Below are positions 11,701-26,000 of a stretch of DNA of 64,000 nt, one piece after another. The position numbers were made by a program, and so were the translations under genes. Source of the DNA: Eledone cirrhosa (Eukaryota); the NCBI GenBank assembly GCA_964016885.1, contig OZ024741.1:302064001-302128000 (forward strand), in the 5' to 3' direction. The notes beneath the pieces were generated by a model, which was not told the DNA's origin, made no database searches, and was given only the letters and a program-made list of their open reading frames with translations. Every line of letters starts with the position of its first letter. Position 1 is the first letter of the stretch.

Positions 11701-14700
11701 TACCACAAAACATCCAGCCCACACTGTCAAGTGGTCATGTAGGTGTCACGACAAAAAGCATCCAGTCCACACTGTAAAGTGGTCGTGTAGGTGACACGGC
11801 AAAAAGCACCCAGTACACACTGTAAATGTGGTTGGCATTAAGGAGGACATCTAGCCGTAAAGACACGGTCATCCGACCCAACTTGCCTCAAATGGGACAA
11901 ACCTGTCTAACCCATGCTAGCATGGCAGATGGATGTTAAACAATGGTGATGATGATGATATATGTATCAATTAAAAATGCAGTTATGCAATCATGAGGAT
12001 ATGTCGCTGGTCATGTATTACTATCCTGTTGTGATGTCTTAACTAATTTTAATTGATAAATATATGCACCATTATTCTTAATCACCAACTTTTAGCTGGG
12101 AAAAATTATTACTGATGTGAAGTGCTTTTGAATCATTTGAACCAACTTATCCTCATGAAGTTACAGTGTAACATCCACGTATAAGCATCTTATCTCTGCA
12201 ACTATATATATGTGTGTGTGTGTGTGGGTGGGTTTGTGAAGACACATGGCTTAGTGGATGGAACATTGTGCTTGCAATTGTGAGGTTCGGAGTTTGATTC
12301 TCAGACCAGGTAATGCATTGCATCCTTGAGCAAGGCACTTTATTTTGTGTTGCTCCAGTTTACTTAGCTGTAGAAATGAGTTGCAACATCACTGGTGCCA
12401 AGCTGTATCAGTGATTGCCATTCCCTTGGGGAGGCTGATATGCATGGACAACTGCTGGTCTTCCACAAACAACATTGCCCGGAGTTATACCTCAGAGAAC
12501 TTTGTGACCGAAGTGTGTCTTTTACTTTTATATATATATATGGAGGCACATGGCTTAGTGGTTAGAGCATTGGGCTTGCAATCGAAAGGTTGTGAGTTCA
12601 ATACTCAGACCGGGTGATGTGTTGTTTCCTTGAGCAAGACACTTTATTTCACATTGCTCCAGTTTACTCAGCTGTAGAAATGAGATGATAGGGACTGAGG
12701 TCCCTATCATTCCACTGTAAAGTGGTCGTGGAGGTGCCACGGCAAAAAAGCACCCAGCACTCACTGTAAATGAGGTTGGTGTTAGGAAGGGCATCCAGCT
12801 GTAGAAATCAAGCCAGAATCAGTTCCCGTCCCACCCTTGCAAGCAGGGAAAAGCAGACGTAAAATGATGATGATGATGATGAAGGGACTGTTTGCATTTC
12901 CATTGTTTTTTCCAATGTCTTTGTCCTGTTCACCCCCTATTTTGAATCCATATTCTACAGACTTAGTCAAGCAGGGTTTTTTTTAACTCTGTGTGTATGT
13001 GTGTGTGTGTAAACTCAAAAAATGAAATATTGTTCTTGTGTGAAATAATGTCCATTAAATAACTCACCAATTGGTTGTGTAGGATAAATTGATCGACTAA
13101 CTGTGAAGGGCTTCTCAATGGTTTCCAGCACTTGCTGGTCATATTTGGCTTGGTTGAATGAAGTAGTCTACAGAAGGGAGATATACATACATATAGATAC
13201 ATACACACAAACATATATATATAGATAGCAAAGGTAAAAACATATATACAAAGCTCAAATGTATATAGAGAATTATATATGATAGTATATAATTGCCAAG
13301 TAGTTTCAGAATTAGCTCAATGTGTTTATATATTGTTGGTCCAATTTAGAGTAGATTTTTAGTGAGAAAAAGTTGTAAAGGCAGGCATAAACACAGAGCA
13401 AATATAATCAAATATATATGAAAATTCGTATATAGGAAAATATGAAAATTCGTATAATCAAGATTTATACACACACAATGATATATAGTTATTTGCACTT
13501 CTCCATCTTCAGAGGATTAAAACACTTATTAATTGAAGCAGAATATATCCGAAATTCAATTCCCACTTTACACAGTAAAATTTTGGATCCCTTAATAAGA
13601 AATGTTTTTGTTTTGAGAGAAAAAAATCTTTTTTTTTTTTTTTTTTTTTTTAACACTAATGAAAGTAGCGTTGTTAAAGTGATGTAAGAAATAATTTAAT
13701 TTTCATATTAATTTTCAGTCATTCGCTATGCCAAAGGGTAGACTTGAGAAGTCCCCCATTTTTTGTTGATAATCCGAGCCATGTTATTCAGTGGTTGCCT
13801 ATTTGGCTTGGCATCAGCATGCACTGGGTGCTATTATCATGTAGATCACCGGCATTAGGGAGGATGACATGTCCTTGACATAACTAAAGGGTCCTTCCAA
13901 CCCTTTGTTTGGTAAGCTTTCTATGCCTGGGTGTGCTGTCTATCACCAACCACAATTTATTGTGTAGATCACCAATACATAAATATTTTCTTTCAGTATG
14001 TCAAATTTGTCTGGAATACTGCTGAATGAGTATTGTATTTTAGTGAGGGAGTGACATTAGATTAGAAACTTTATCATGATTTTGTCTCTTCGCAAAAATT
14101 AGTAGAAAAATGTGATAAAATGCATTTTAATGTTTGTAAAATTTTGCAATGGAAATATGATACAAGTCAACTTACATTAGTGAGATCCTCCTTTAACATA
14201 TCCACAAACAACTTCCATCTAGGGTAATAGTAACTGTTCAACAGAAAGATGCAGAAATTTAGTAAATGTGTCTGTGTGTCATCATCATCATCATCATCAT
14301 CATCACCATCAACATTTTATATCCCTTTATCCATGTATGCATAGGTTGAACAGGTCTTTTTAAGCACAGAATCCCTCCACTCATTTTAGTCCTTCATCAT
14401 CTCCTCTGTGAGCTTTAGCAAATTAGGTTCAGCTCTTACCACCTCTATTCAGGTCTTCCTTGATCTTCTTCTACTGTAGCTTTCTTCCAATGTGATTTCT
14501 TGGCACTTCTTCACCTAGTGGTCATTATCCATATGCATCATATGACCACACCAGCACAATCTTCTCTCTTGCACACTACATTTCATTCCTCTTATACACA
14601 GTTTATCTCTCAGTTCATCCATGCTTCATCGTTCATGCATATTAACATCCCACATTCATCAAAATATGCTCACTTCATTTCCCTTCAGCCTTCACATATC

Positions 14701-17700
14701 TTCTGGATTTACTGCCCATATCTCATTACTGATTTAGGCACAAGGCCAACAATTTTTGAGGGAGGGAAAAGTCGATTAAATCAACCCCAGTACTTTATTG
14801 GTACCTTATTTTATCAACCCCTGTAAGGATGAAAGGCAAAGTTAACCTCAAAGGATTTGAACTCAGAATGTAAAGAGAGGTAACTAACTGTATGTCGTGA
14901 AGCATGATCTTGGATGCTCTATTGATACTGCTAATCCACTGAGAAAATTAGTTATATTGCTAATGAGAAAGTTAGTCATATTACAAAATCACTCCAAATT
15001 CTTAATTATTCAAAATCATCGGCTGTATCTTTCATTAGAAATACAGTAACAAAAGGGTTTTCTACTAAATCTTTCACTTTGTTACTTTAACAATGGTTTC
15101 TGATTTAGGCACAAGGCCAACAATTTGGGGGAAAGGGAAAGTCGATTAAATCGACCCCAGTGCATAACCGGTACTTTATTTTATCAGCCCCTTAAGGATG
15201 AAAGGCAAAGTAACCTCGGTGGGATTTGAACTCAGAACATAAAGGCTCGTAACTCTATACCGCTAAGCATGTTGTCCGATTCTGCCAATCCACCACCCAT
15301 CCTTTGTTGCTTTAATAATTGTTTCTACTTTTGGCACAAGGCCAGCAAATACCCAGTATATTACTGGTACTTTATTTTATCTACCCCGTAAGGATGAAAG
15401 GCAAAGTTAACCTTGGCGGGATTTGAACTGACTGTAAAGGGACGTAACTATGCTGGAAAGCATGGCGTCCGACCTTCCACTGATACTGCCAGTCCAGTTG
15501 TTACTTTATAATGATGCAAAATGATACAAATTGAAGAAGTAGTAAAATTTAGCCTCTCTTTCACAATAAATGATATCTTTATTGATTAAAGTACTTACTC
15601 TTTCACTAAACCTGACCATTGTTTACTGGCATAATCAGCAATCTGAAACACAATAACAATACATCATCATCATCATTATCATCATCAACACTATCATCAT
15701 TGCCATCGTCATCATCACAATCATCATCATCACTATTGTCGTCATCACTATCGTCACCATCATCATCACCACCATCATCATCATCACCATTATCATCATC
15801 ACCATCGTCAACATCACCATCGTTATCATCACCATCATTATTATCACCATCATCATCATCATCACCATCGTCATCACCACCGCCATCATCATCACCATCA
15901 TCCCCATCACCACCATCATCATCCCCACCACCATCATCATCATCACCATCGTCATCATCACCATTATCATCACCAACACCATCTTCATCATCCCCATCAT
16001 CACCATCATCGTCATCACCATCATCATCATCCCCATCACCATCATCACCATCATCGCCATCATCATCATCACCATCATCATCCTCACCATCATCATCACC
16101 ATCATCATCATAACCATCATTATCCTCATCATCATCACCATCGTCATAACCATCATCGTTATCACCATCCTTACTCCCATCATGCCCATCACCATTATCA
16201 TCATCACTATCACCATCATCACTATCATCATCACCAGCCCCATCATCTCCATCATCATAACCATCATCATTATCTCCATCATTGCCCCCATCATCATCAT
16301 TACCCCCATTAGCCCCATCACCATCATCATCATCACCATCACCATCACTACAATCCTTGTTACCATCATCACCATCATCAATATTTTACATCTAGTTTTC
16401 TGTTTCCATGTGGCATGGGTTGGACAGGTCATTACAAACCAGCTCAGTACTTAATCAAAACTAGTATCCTCCTAAATAACAACTCACTTTACCTCATCAG
16501 TGCCGTAGAGAGATAACTCATCCTAACATGTTTGAACTCATTTCCAACAGTTCATAACTTCAAAGCTAGATAGGGTTATTAGTTTATTGTTGTTAATAAA
16601 TGTTTGTTTAAAAAATAGTCATTTTACTGAAAAAAAAAACGGCACAGCAACTGTAGCTGTGTAAAATATACACGGCAGTCAGCAGGTTAAATATGTTCCA
16701 GTTTTCTGCATGGTTTCTATGGCTGGATGCTTTTCCTAATTCTAACCACTTTACAGAGTTTACTGAGTACTTTTTATTGTGACACCAGCACAAGGGAAGT
16801 TTCATGTCCTTGATATGACTGAAGTGTCCTCACAACCCTTTTTGGCATGGTTTCTATAATTGCATGCCCTTCTTGATACCAACCACTTTACAGAGTGGAC
16901 TGGGTGAATGTTATTGTGGTATTAATGCTACCACTTTACAAGATGTACTGGGTGCATTTTATCGTAACACCAGCATTTGAAATGTTTTTTGATCTCTGTC
17001 AGTTCCAATGACAATTGTTCCTGTTGTTTGATCACTGAAACAACATGCTCATAAATTAATATGCAAGTGGCTGTGCATTCCACAGGCACACGTATTCTCA
17101 TGGTAAATTCTCTGGGAAATCCAGTGTAACACAGTGGGTGACAAAGTTGACCCTTTGAGTTATAGGTACAACTGATTTTTGCCAGTTGAGTGTGACTGGA
17201 ACAATGTGAAATAAAGTGTCTTTTTCAGGGACACAACACACCACCAGGAATAAAACTCATGGCCCTAACCAAAAAACCACATGTCTTCTCATATATATGC
17301 CTTACCTCTCCATTTGGTCCCCATAGTGTTATCTGGTTCCGAGCATTATATTCATAAAGTTTCCTCTCTTGATCTGTGTAGCCAAGAGATTTGGCATCAT
17401 TAAGCCATCTTCCAAGTAAGAAATGTGGATCTGACAATAGCAACGTGTCTAAATCTTGCAATAGAGTTAACAAGGTGTTACTTGTGCTCCTGAAAAATAA
17501 AAGAAATAAGAACAAATTAATTCTTCTAGAATCATTTGATAATTTTTCTGACAATAGACACAAGGCCAGCAATTTGAAGGCATGGAAAAGTCAATTATCT
17601 CGTCCCCAGTAGTTAACTGCTAGTTTATTTTAATAAAGAATGTAAGGCACAGTTGACCTCAGTGGGATTTAAACTCAGAACGCAGAAAGTCATATCTAAA

Positions 17701-20700
17701 AACTGCTTAGCATTTGTCCAATGCTCTACTGACATTCTAATAATGTTAATTACTGATATTCAATAATGTTAATGATAATTTTTTTTTTTCCCTTTTGTAA
17801 GGTTTCTCTAAAAATCGGTTGTTAGGTGCAGCATGTTAATTGGCCTCAGATCAGTCCCTGATCTCAGTGGTTCAATATATTACATAGGATACTGGCAGTG
17901 CTAGTGATGGTAAAAATGTAGACACTGCCTATGAAGTCAGGTATCCTTAGGCTTTTGATGAAAAATGTAAGATGTAGAGACCATGCCTAGCACCCCAATG
18001 ATGATTGGCACAACTTCTGTCTCTGCATGGTGACCAGTTCTAATAGCACCTGCAAGGGCTGCATACTTATTGATCTTTTCTATTTCCTTTTCAGCCACAT
18101 TGTGGTCTTGAGAGATCGCAATATCAATTAGAGTTCATTTTGAGGGGTTGTTAGTTTTTACAATATCAGGGTGGTTGTGTTGAACTTTGTTTATGGTCTT
18201 GATCACAAGATCCCAAAACATCTCTGCTCCCTCCCCTGATAGGCATAATTCAAGAGGAATATGTTTATACCACTGACATTGTGTTTCTATGTTGTACTTT
18301 TGGCACAACTCCTAATGAACTCTTTTTGCTATAAGATCATACCGGATTTTTATCATGTCTTTTTGCTAATTGTTCACATCAACTTGCAATATGTACCACA
18401 TATTTGTCTGCTTTATGACATACTCTACAGATTGGGGAGCAATTTTTTCCATCAATGTTAGCTTTTACCCAATTGGTTCTGAGTACCTGGCCTTATGCAG
18501 CAGTAATAATAACCTCAGTGCTCTTTTTAACCCAACCTGACCTAAGCCAAAGGCAAGACCTAGGATGGCAGCTGGAAATTTGCCATGAAGATACTTTTCT
18601 TTACATGCCTGTTCTTGTTTCTCTCTAAAGGCTTTGTTGTAAGCATTCTTACCTTGATGTTCTAATAAAAAGACTTCTTTCAGAACTTCTGAGTAGTGGT
18701 TCTTCAATTAATGTTAGATAGTCCCACAAGCTGTTGCATTCACTACGTATACATTGCTCAACAGAAAATAACCTCTCCCGCCTTCCTTTATCTTAAGTTA
18801 CCACCTTGCAATATTTGCCCTTGGGTGTAAGCACCCATTGCATATTAAGAACTGACAAGTCTGTAATGACATATCTAATCTTTACTAACAAGGAAAAAGG
18901 AACTCTAAACATCACCATAATGATGTTGATGATGATGATATTAATATACATAAGTAATTGATATATTATTTGTGGAAAAGAAAAACAAATTTTAATGTAA
19001 GGAAAACTTACATAAATCCACCCAGATCTCTTGTGAAGAATTTTTCAACCATTTCTCTATAGAGGGAATAGTGAAGAATTTGAAGGCAGTTTCGGGTTAC
19101 ATCAACCACGTCATATCTGAAAATTATATAAGCTATATTTAATAACAACACATTGACCAGAGTATACCTGAATAGATGAAGACTACAAAACAAATACAAA
19201 ATATTGTTTATGAGCCAATGAGAAAAACCTAGGCATTCGTTTTGCTAAAAATAGCAGCTAAATCATACCCTCCCACCATCTTTAAAAAGAAATGACAACA
19301 ATAAGACCACACTTCTACTGATTACACATAATTGTTTCTATTTTAGGCACAAGGCCAGCAATTACCCAGTACATTACTGGTACTTTATTTTATCGACACC
19401 GTAAGGATGAAAGGCAAAGTTAACCTCAGCGGGATTTGAACTCAGATCATAAAGGGACGTAACTCTATGCTTCAAAGCATGGTGTCCGACTCTCTACCGA
19501 TACTGCCAATCCACACATAATGAAATATAAACATATTAGGACTAGATTTATTTTTCTTATCATGTATTTGATTTTATTAGACACATTATAACTGAAAAAC
19601 AAGATGGGTTGGTCATGGCTGGAATCATAGGTCTGCTCAATCTGAGTTAACCTGGTGATGCACAAGAATAACTTACTTTAACTATTTAATGGTAGTGGGC
19701 TGGCAGCAGTGGTAGAATATCAGATCAAATGCATTTGCAGTTCTGCAGTTCTAAATTCAAATCCAGCCAAAGTCAATTTTATATTTCATACTTCCAAGGT
19801 CAATAAAATAAAGTCCTAGTCAAGTACTAGGATTGATTTAATCTACTTTGCCCTTCTCCCAAATTTGTTGGCATTGTGCCTAAATTAGAAATCAATATTC
19901 CATACTTTATCCCTTTTGGTTACATATTTTTAATGAAAGACACTGGCTATAATTTTCAAATTATTTTGAAAATAGTAAAAAAATAATTTTGGAAGGATTT
20001 AGTAATGTAACTAAATTTCTCATTATTAAACTATTGTTTGGAACATTACTTAATGAAGGTTCTTACATAAAATTATGATGTAAAGCTTTTAGATAAATAT
20101 AAACACTTTAAAAATAAACAACTTTATATCATAGAAACGGGAGTAGTTTCAGGCAACTTGGTATCAAAAGGTTTATTCTTTCACCCACTTAATACAATGT
20201 TCTTTTGTTTTTAATAAGGGTTACCTGTTAGCTATGTGGTTGTTTAACACCTGGTCAGCCTAATCAAGCAGACCTATGTTCAAAGAAGTTTCAATTATGA
20301 TTATTGAATAAAATCATTGTACATTCACTATGTGTTTTTCTGTTTTTGATGGCAGAATATTATTTGAGGGAGCTTTGACTGTTATTTCTAAAAAAGTCAA
20401 GCAAGCATATAGAGACTTTCACATTGACCATAAAAAGTGAAGGATATTGATATCATTTAGCAGCATATGATACCTAGGATGAGCAAACCTATGATGAAAT
20501 GTGTTCCTGTTTTGATTAAGTATAGTGAGACTAGGACTACTTTCATTATCATCATCACTATTTGACATCCATTTTTCTACACTAGTATGGGTTAGATGAG
20601 TTGTCCCATTGTGAGACAAACCAGGTCAGATGACCATGTCTTGCTCATACAAAACTGATTTGGGCTTGGTTTCTATGGCTGGATGCCCTTCCTAACACCA

Positions 20701-22973
20701 ACCACATTTACAGTGTGTACTAGATGCTTTTTGTTGTGACACCTACATGACTACTTTATAGTGTGGGCTAGGTGCTTTTTGTTGTGTCAACTACACGACC
20801 ACTTTACATCATGGACTGGGTGCTTTTTATCATGTCAACTACACAACCACTTTACAGAGGAAGATATCAGCAGGGTTTATTTTAAAGAAATTTTAGAACT
20901 GCATAAATCTTTCTGACAGATGCCATGACCCAGTATTTGATATTCTCTGAGTCTGAGAAGCATTTGTAATGGCTGTTTAACATTTTATGAATGTTTTAAT
21001 TCTTTTAAACATCATTTACCATTTTATTTTTAAATTTAAAACTACACAAATAGGGGGTCATCTGCACATTAAAATTAAAAGAATAAAAGGCATCAGCAGT
21101 TGTTATATCAGTACTACTCATAGCAGATGGAATGAAGGACTACTTTATCCAATGAGTTTTTCCTGTATTTAAGATAGTAGGGTTTGAGAGAAGTATCAGT
21201 GCTATTTCTAGCATGTAGAAAGAACATATTGAGATCCCATCATTGAGTCTTTAATGACAATGTATAAGGAGGTAACTGACAGTCTGACAGACTAATTCTT
21301 TTTAATGGAACTCCACCTGATGTCAGTGATGAGTGTTCCTGTTGTTTGATCAACAGGACAGCCAACTAATAAAATTAGTGTATTCTACAAACATGTGCAC
21401 CCTTAATGCAATTTGTGGAGGGGATTCAGCATGAATTACAGGTACAGTCCATTTGGCAGGTGTTTTAACAGTTTCTGTCTACCCAGTTTCACTCATAAGG
21501 TTTGGGTCGACCTGATGATATGATAATTGATACTTGCTCAAGATGCCACACAGTGGGATTGAACCCAGAACCTCATGATTATGAAGCAAAATTCTGAACC
21601 ATTTGGTCATGCCTAACAAACAAATAATGTAGAACAAACCTGAAGAGAGGTGAATTCATTTTCATGGAACTGGCAACAAAATGGTCCCAAGCATTATACA
21701 ATACCTGTGGGTCATACCATAACTGGAATGGGGAAGAAGAAAAAGAATTTAAAAAAAGAATTCAGATTAAACAAAGTGTTCAAGTCTCAAACAGCTTCAA
21801 ATACTGATTGTATTTTGTTTCTTTTAGCCCATAACTCTGGTAGAGTTGTAGGGGTGCTGTAGTGATATTCTCAGGTCTTGAATAATCATGTGTGTGTGTG
21901 TGTACCACTTATTGATTTTTCAGATTTTTCCAACCCCAAGATTATTAAATTTTGCTAATCTGTCTCTGGCAAAATTTTATTTTAAGTGGTAGCATTCCTG
22001 TGATAGTTAATTTTCTTTATATATTTATACATGACAAAAGCAAGTACATAACTAGAAATCCCATATGTTATAAAATAAAGAGGATGGGTTGGAGTCACAA
22101 TATGTAAACTAAAGAACTTATTATGGTTTTTTGTTAAAAATCAACAGATACAACCTAGAAAAATTACCAATTTTCCACCCACCCCCTCACTTATTCCAAC
22201 TCCCCTTACTTATTCTAACCCCCCCACCCTGCTTATTTCAACTTCCCTGTTTATTCCAAAGCCCTATTGATTGGGTTGAAAGTATATGGCATTTCTTGGG
22301 CCTTTTAAACTTCTCCAAGTCTGAACACAGCTGATTTCTGCCAGAGAAAAAGAGAGAGATAGACAGGAAGCGAGAAAGAGATATAGAGGAAGAATCAACA
22401 CCAGTACTGGACTGGTACTTTTATCAACCTCAAAATGATGAAAGGCAAAATTGACCTCAGTAGGATTTTAACTCATAGCACAGAGAACCATAATAAATAC
22501 TACAAAGCATTCTATCCAATGATCTAACAACTCTGCTAATTCACTGACAACTCCCCCTCCTCTCCCTCTCTCTCTCTCTTTCTCTCTCACACACACACAT
22601 ATGCAAAGCTTGATATCAGTCTAGCAACAATTACAACAAGGCTGTGTTAAACACATGAAAGACAAGAGGATTCCAAATCAGCTGCTCTCTCATGATCTTC
22701 GTCAAGAAACGCAACTAAAAAGGCCCAAGGCTATGTTTCAAAGTCATTTGCAAGAAGAGCCTAATCAAGTGCCATATTGATCAAAAGAAATGGGAAATGG
22801 CTGCTAATAACAGAATGACTGGTTGCTTCCTTTTTGTGCCAGTTGCCATTAAGACCTCCAGTATCCTTAGTCCCCAAACTGCCATTTTCCTCCACAAAAC
22901 TATGAATGCATCATACTTGAGGAAGGAGCCCCCTGAGATGAAGTGGCTGATGCAGTAGGTGTTGCTAGTAGTA

Positions 22974-23020
<47 letters not shown>

Positions 23021-23042
23021 GGTGGTGGTGGTGGTGGTAGTG

Positions 23043-23082
<40 letters not shown>

Positions 23083-26000
23083 ACAGAAAAATATATACTT
23101 ACACAAAGTAATTGTCATTTGGCAATAATTTACTGAATTTACTTGAAAAACTCACCACCAAGATATATATCATCATATATATAAATTCAAAATAGAAGGC
23201 ACACAAGACAAAGGAAAAAACAACAGAAAGATGGACAGTCCCATTTCCTCAGTCAAACTCTGGAAATCACTGCAGTTTCGGTGCATTAAGGTTGAGACTA
23301 TTCATTCCAGTGCACATTGGGACATAACAAAATAGGTAGAGACAAGTTATGCCTTTAGGTGAATTACACAAATGGAGATGAAAAAGTATCCCAAGTGCTT
23401 CAAATAACAAAGGAGGGAGAGAACGGTGCAGGAGGGCTGAGCCAAAGGAGAAAATATAGGAAGGAGAGAAATAGTAAAAAGAAGAGAATAATGTGGACTG
23501 TAATCCAACCCAAAAAGATAAACAGTGTGATTGTGAAGATTTTTCATCAATAGCTTGGTTTTAAATTTGCAATTTAAAGCACATACTAAACTTTTGTTTT
23601 CTGTGCAAAATTTATATTAGGAAATCGTTTTCACTGACAATAGAATGGGGTGATTTGAGAAAGCATTATTTTAATACCTGAAGCACTGGTATCCAGGATT
23701 TAAAGATACATTATTTCAAAATTTCACGTACTGTTATCTTAAAAGTAGAGGGAAGTGATTTAAACAAATGCTATTTCAAAGAAGAAGAAGAAGAAGAAGA
23801 AGAAGAAGAAGAAGACGAAGAAGAAGAAGAAGAAGAAGAAGAAGAAGAAGAAGAAGAAGAAGAAGCGTTATCTCCAGATAATTCTCCTTTCTCTCTCTGA
23901 GAGAAAATTAAAATGTGTTACAAAGAATAAATGTGAAAGGTAACAGAGAAAAAAGGGTTAATGAAATATAAGGGAGCTAAACAGTGTCAGCAGACCAAAG
24001 AAACTTTGAAAGAAAGTAAAATAAAAACATTTGAAAATACAAAAACATATCAGTCAATAAATATATTATAAAAGATATCTTATAAACATCAGAGTAATAT
24101 ATATGTTGTTGTTATTGTTTAACCCCAAGTCAACCAGGATCAGGTAAACCTGTGATCAAAAGCATTCCAGCCCTGATTGTACCATTTCTTTTCAAAAATA
24201 ATGTATCTAGGACAACATTATTTAATGTGTCTTCCATTTTGTTTTTAAGATGGTAGGGTTTGATATGAAGGAGATTCAAATGCTATTTCTAGCAGGTTCA
24301 GCAATCCTATAGAGCCTTACACATTTGCTGAAACTAATATATAAACCATATATACTTGTATACAAGTCAAGAAATATGAGACAAAAACAACCGATGGTAA
24401 AATTGAGGCAGGGGGCATATATTCAAGATTAGTATTCTGCCAGTTTTCACCAACTTCAAATTCTACATAAACGAGGTGCTAAAATATTTTTGCTTTGAAG
24501 GTGAATATTACATTGGTGGACTCTTCAGCAGTGTCAAAGGCATGATAACTTCCCTACACAATAAACACACTAAGTACACTCTGTAAAGTGGTTGGTGATA
24601 GGAAATGCATCCAGATGTAGAAAACTGTTCAACTGTGCTGAGGACATGTCAACGTCCTAAGTGTTGGTGCCATGGTAAAAATGTACTTGGTAGAGTCGGC
24701 ATTATATGTCAGGCTTATAGGTCAGTGACTCCGCTTGAGTACTGACCCAGTTTGTGATGACACATCCAACAATTCCTAGTAAGGAAAGTGTATGCTAAAT
24801 GATGATGATATTTCGTCCAATGGTCTAGCTCAGAGATAAGAAAGTCACTCCAGGTAGAGATGCAAATTGAGAGATCACAGACCCGATACTATGGGTATGT
24901 GGTTAGAGTGTCCCAGGAAAGAATCACTGAACATATTTTATGGGCAAAATTAACCAGCAAGAGACCCAGGAGTAGACCCGAAGCAAGATGGTTGGATAAC
25001 ATCCATGAGCTTGGCTGGTCTCACTTGGGGATCCAGCCAGATTAATTAGAGACAGTTGCTTCTGACAGGACCTGCTGGAAGGAGTGTTTGAGGACTCTGC
25101 CCCAATGACCCTCTCAGGAATAAGTGGCCAAAGAAAAATGTGGAGGAGGAGGAGAAGGAGGTCTACTAATTCTGCCATCTATCCTTTTGCAAGTAAAAAC
25201 AGTATAAAACCACAAAGGAAGAAAAATACCCTTAAAAGCATATGCAAAATATTACTGAAACCAGGGGGTTGAAGCTGGCAAGTTATAGTAAGGTTTTAAA
25301 AAGATGACTGCCTCAGTATAAGCATAAGAATAATGTTCACTTACAACTTCTTTACCTGACAATAGGTTAGGTCTTTCTGTATAAACCACATCCCATCCAC
25401 CATCTGAGATACCAGTTGTACAATTGTAAATGCTTGACTTTAAAATAAGTAAAAACAATAAATTCATATATGTGTATGTGTTGTATACAGGATGTTTATG
25501 ATAAACATCTGACAGTCTTCCGCTATGATTTTTTTTTTTTTTAAATATAAATAAATCAGGATAAGAACGATTGATTTCTCTTACAAAGCTGCCTTAAGTG
25601 CAAAAGACACCTGTAAAGAAAGAGAAGAGCCTTTGTGTTTTAGTAACTTATTTGATTATCTAGAAAATAGAAAATAGTACAAATAGAAGGGTTAAATAAA
25701 TAAGCAAGATGTTGCAATAACATTAGAGATCTTTCTGAAAGAAAATCAAGTCTTATGTAAAGCATACAAACACATATAAATATGTACACTAGAGTGTTCC
25801 ATTTTCTACACTATTCACCAATGATCTCATGTCGATTATGCCCATGTTTGAATTGATGAAATAATGAAATACACCAAATTATAAGTCAATTGAATAATAT
25901 TTAGGAGTTGCACACTTTCATATTTTTTTTATTCATGATGATTTTTTTAAAACCTGGCCTGAGGTATATTGTCCTTTCTATTAACTTTACAGGATCCAAT

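Noticed and set aside
12165-12197. Alternative phase-compatible terminal exon for NAGLU ([11 protein letters not shown])
   Set aside because: No similarity to the GH89 C-terminus; 8734-8798 fits much better.
12543-12615. tRNA-like sequence with A and B boxes
   Set aside because: It is the head of a multi-copy SINE, with no intact cloverleaf, so not a tRNA gene. The same applies at 2400, 12240 and the family-1 heads.
15619-16454. Ser/Pro-, Met/Val- and Ile/Thr-rich ORFs
   Set aside because: Products of a degenerate CAT/CAC repeat inside an intron.
20700-20860. Regularly spaced ~40-bp repeats superficially like a CRISPR array
   Set aside because: No unique spacers, eukaryotic context, and part of a SINE internal tandem unit.
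22900-23128. Poly-L/P and poly-S/G ORFs
   Set aside because: TAG/TGG microsatellite.
23160-23340. Minus-strand ccGAAACTGCAGT resembling a hammerhead 3' half
   Set aside because: There is no correctly placed CTGANGA box upstream; at most a decayed Penelope terminus.
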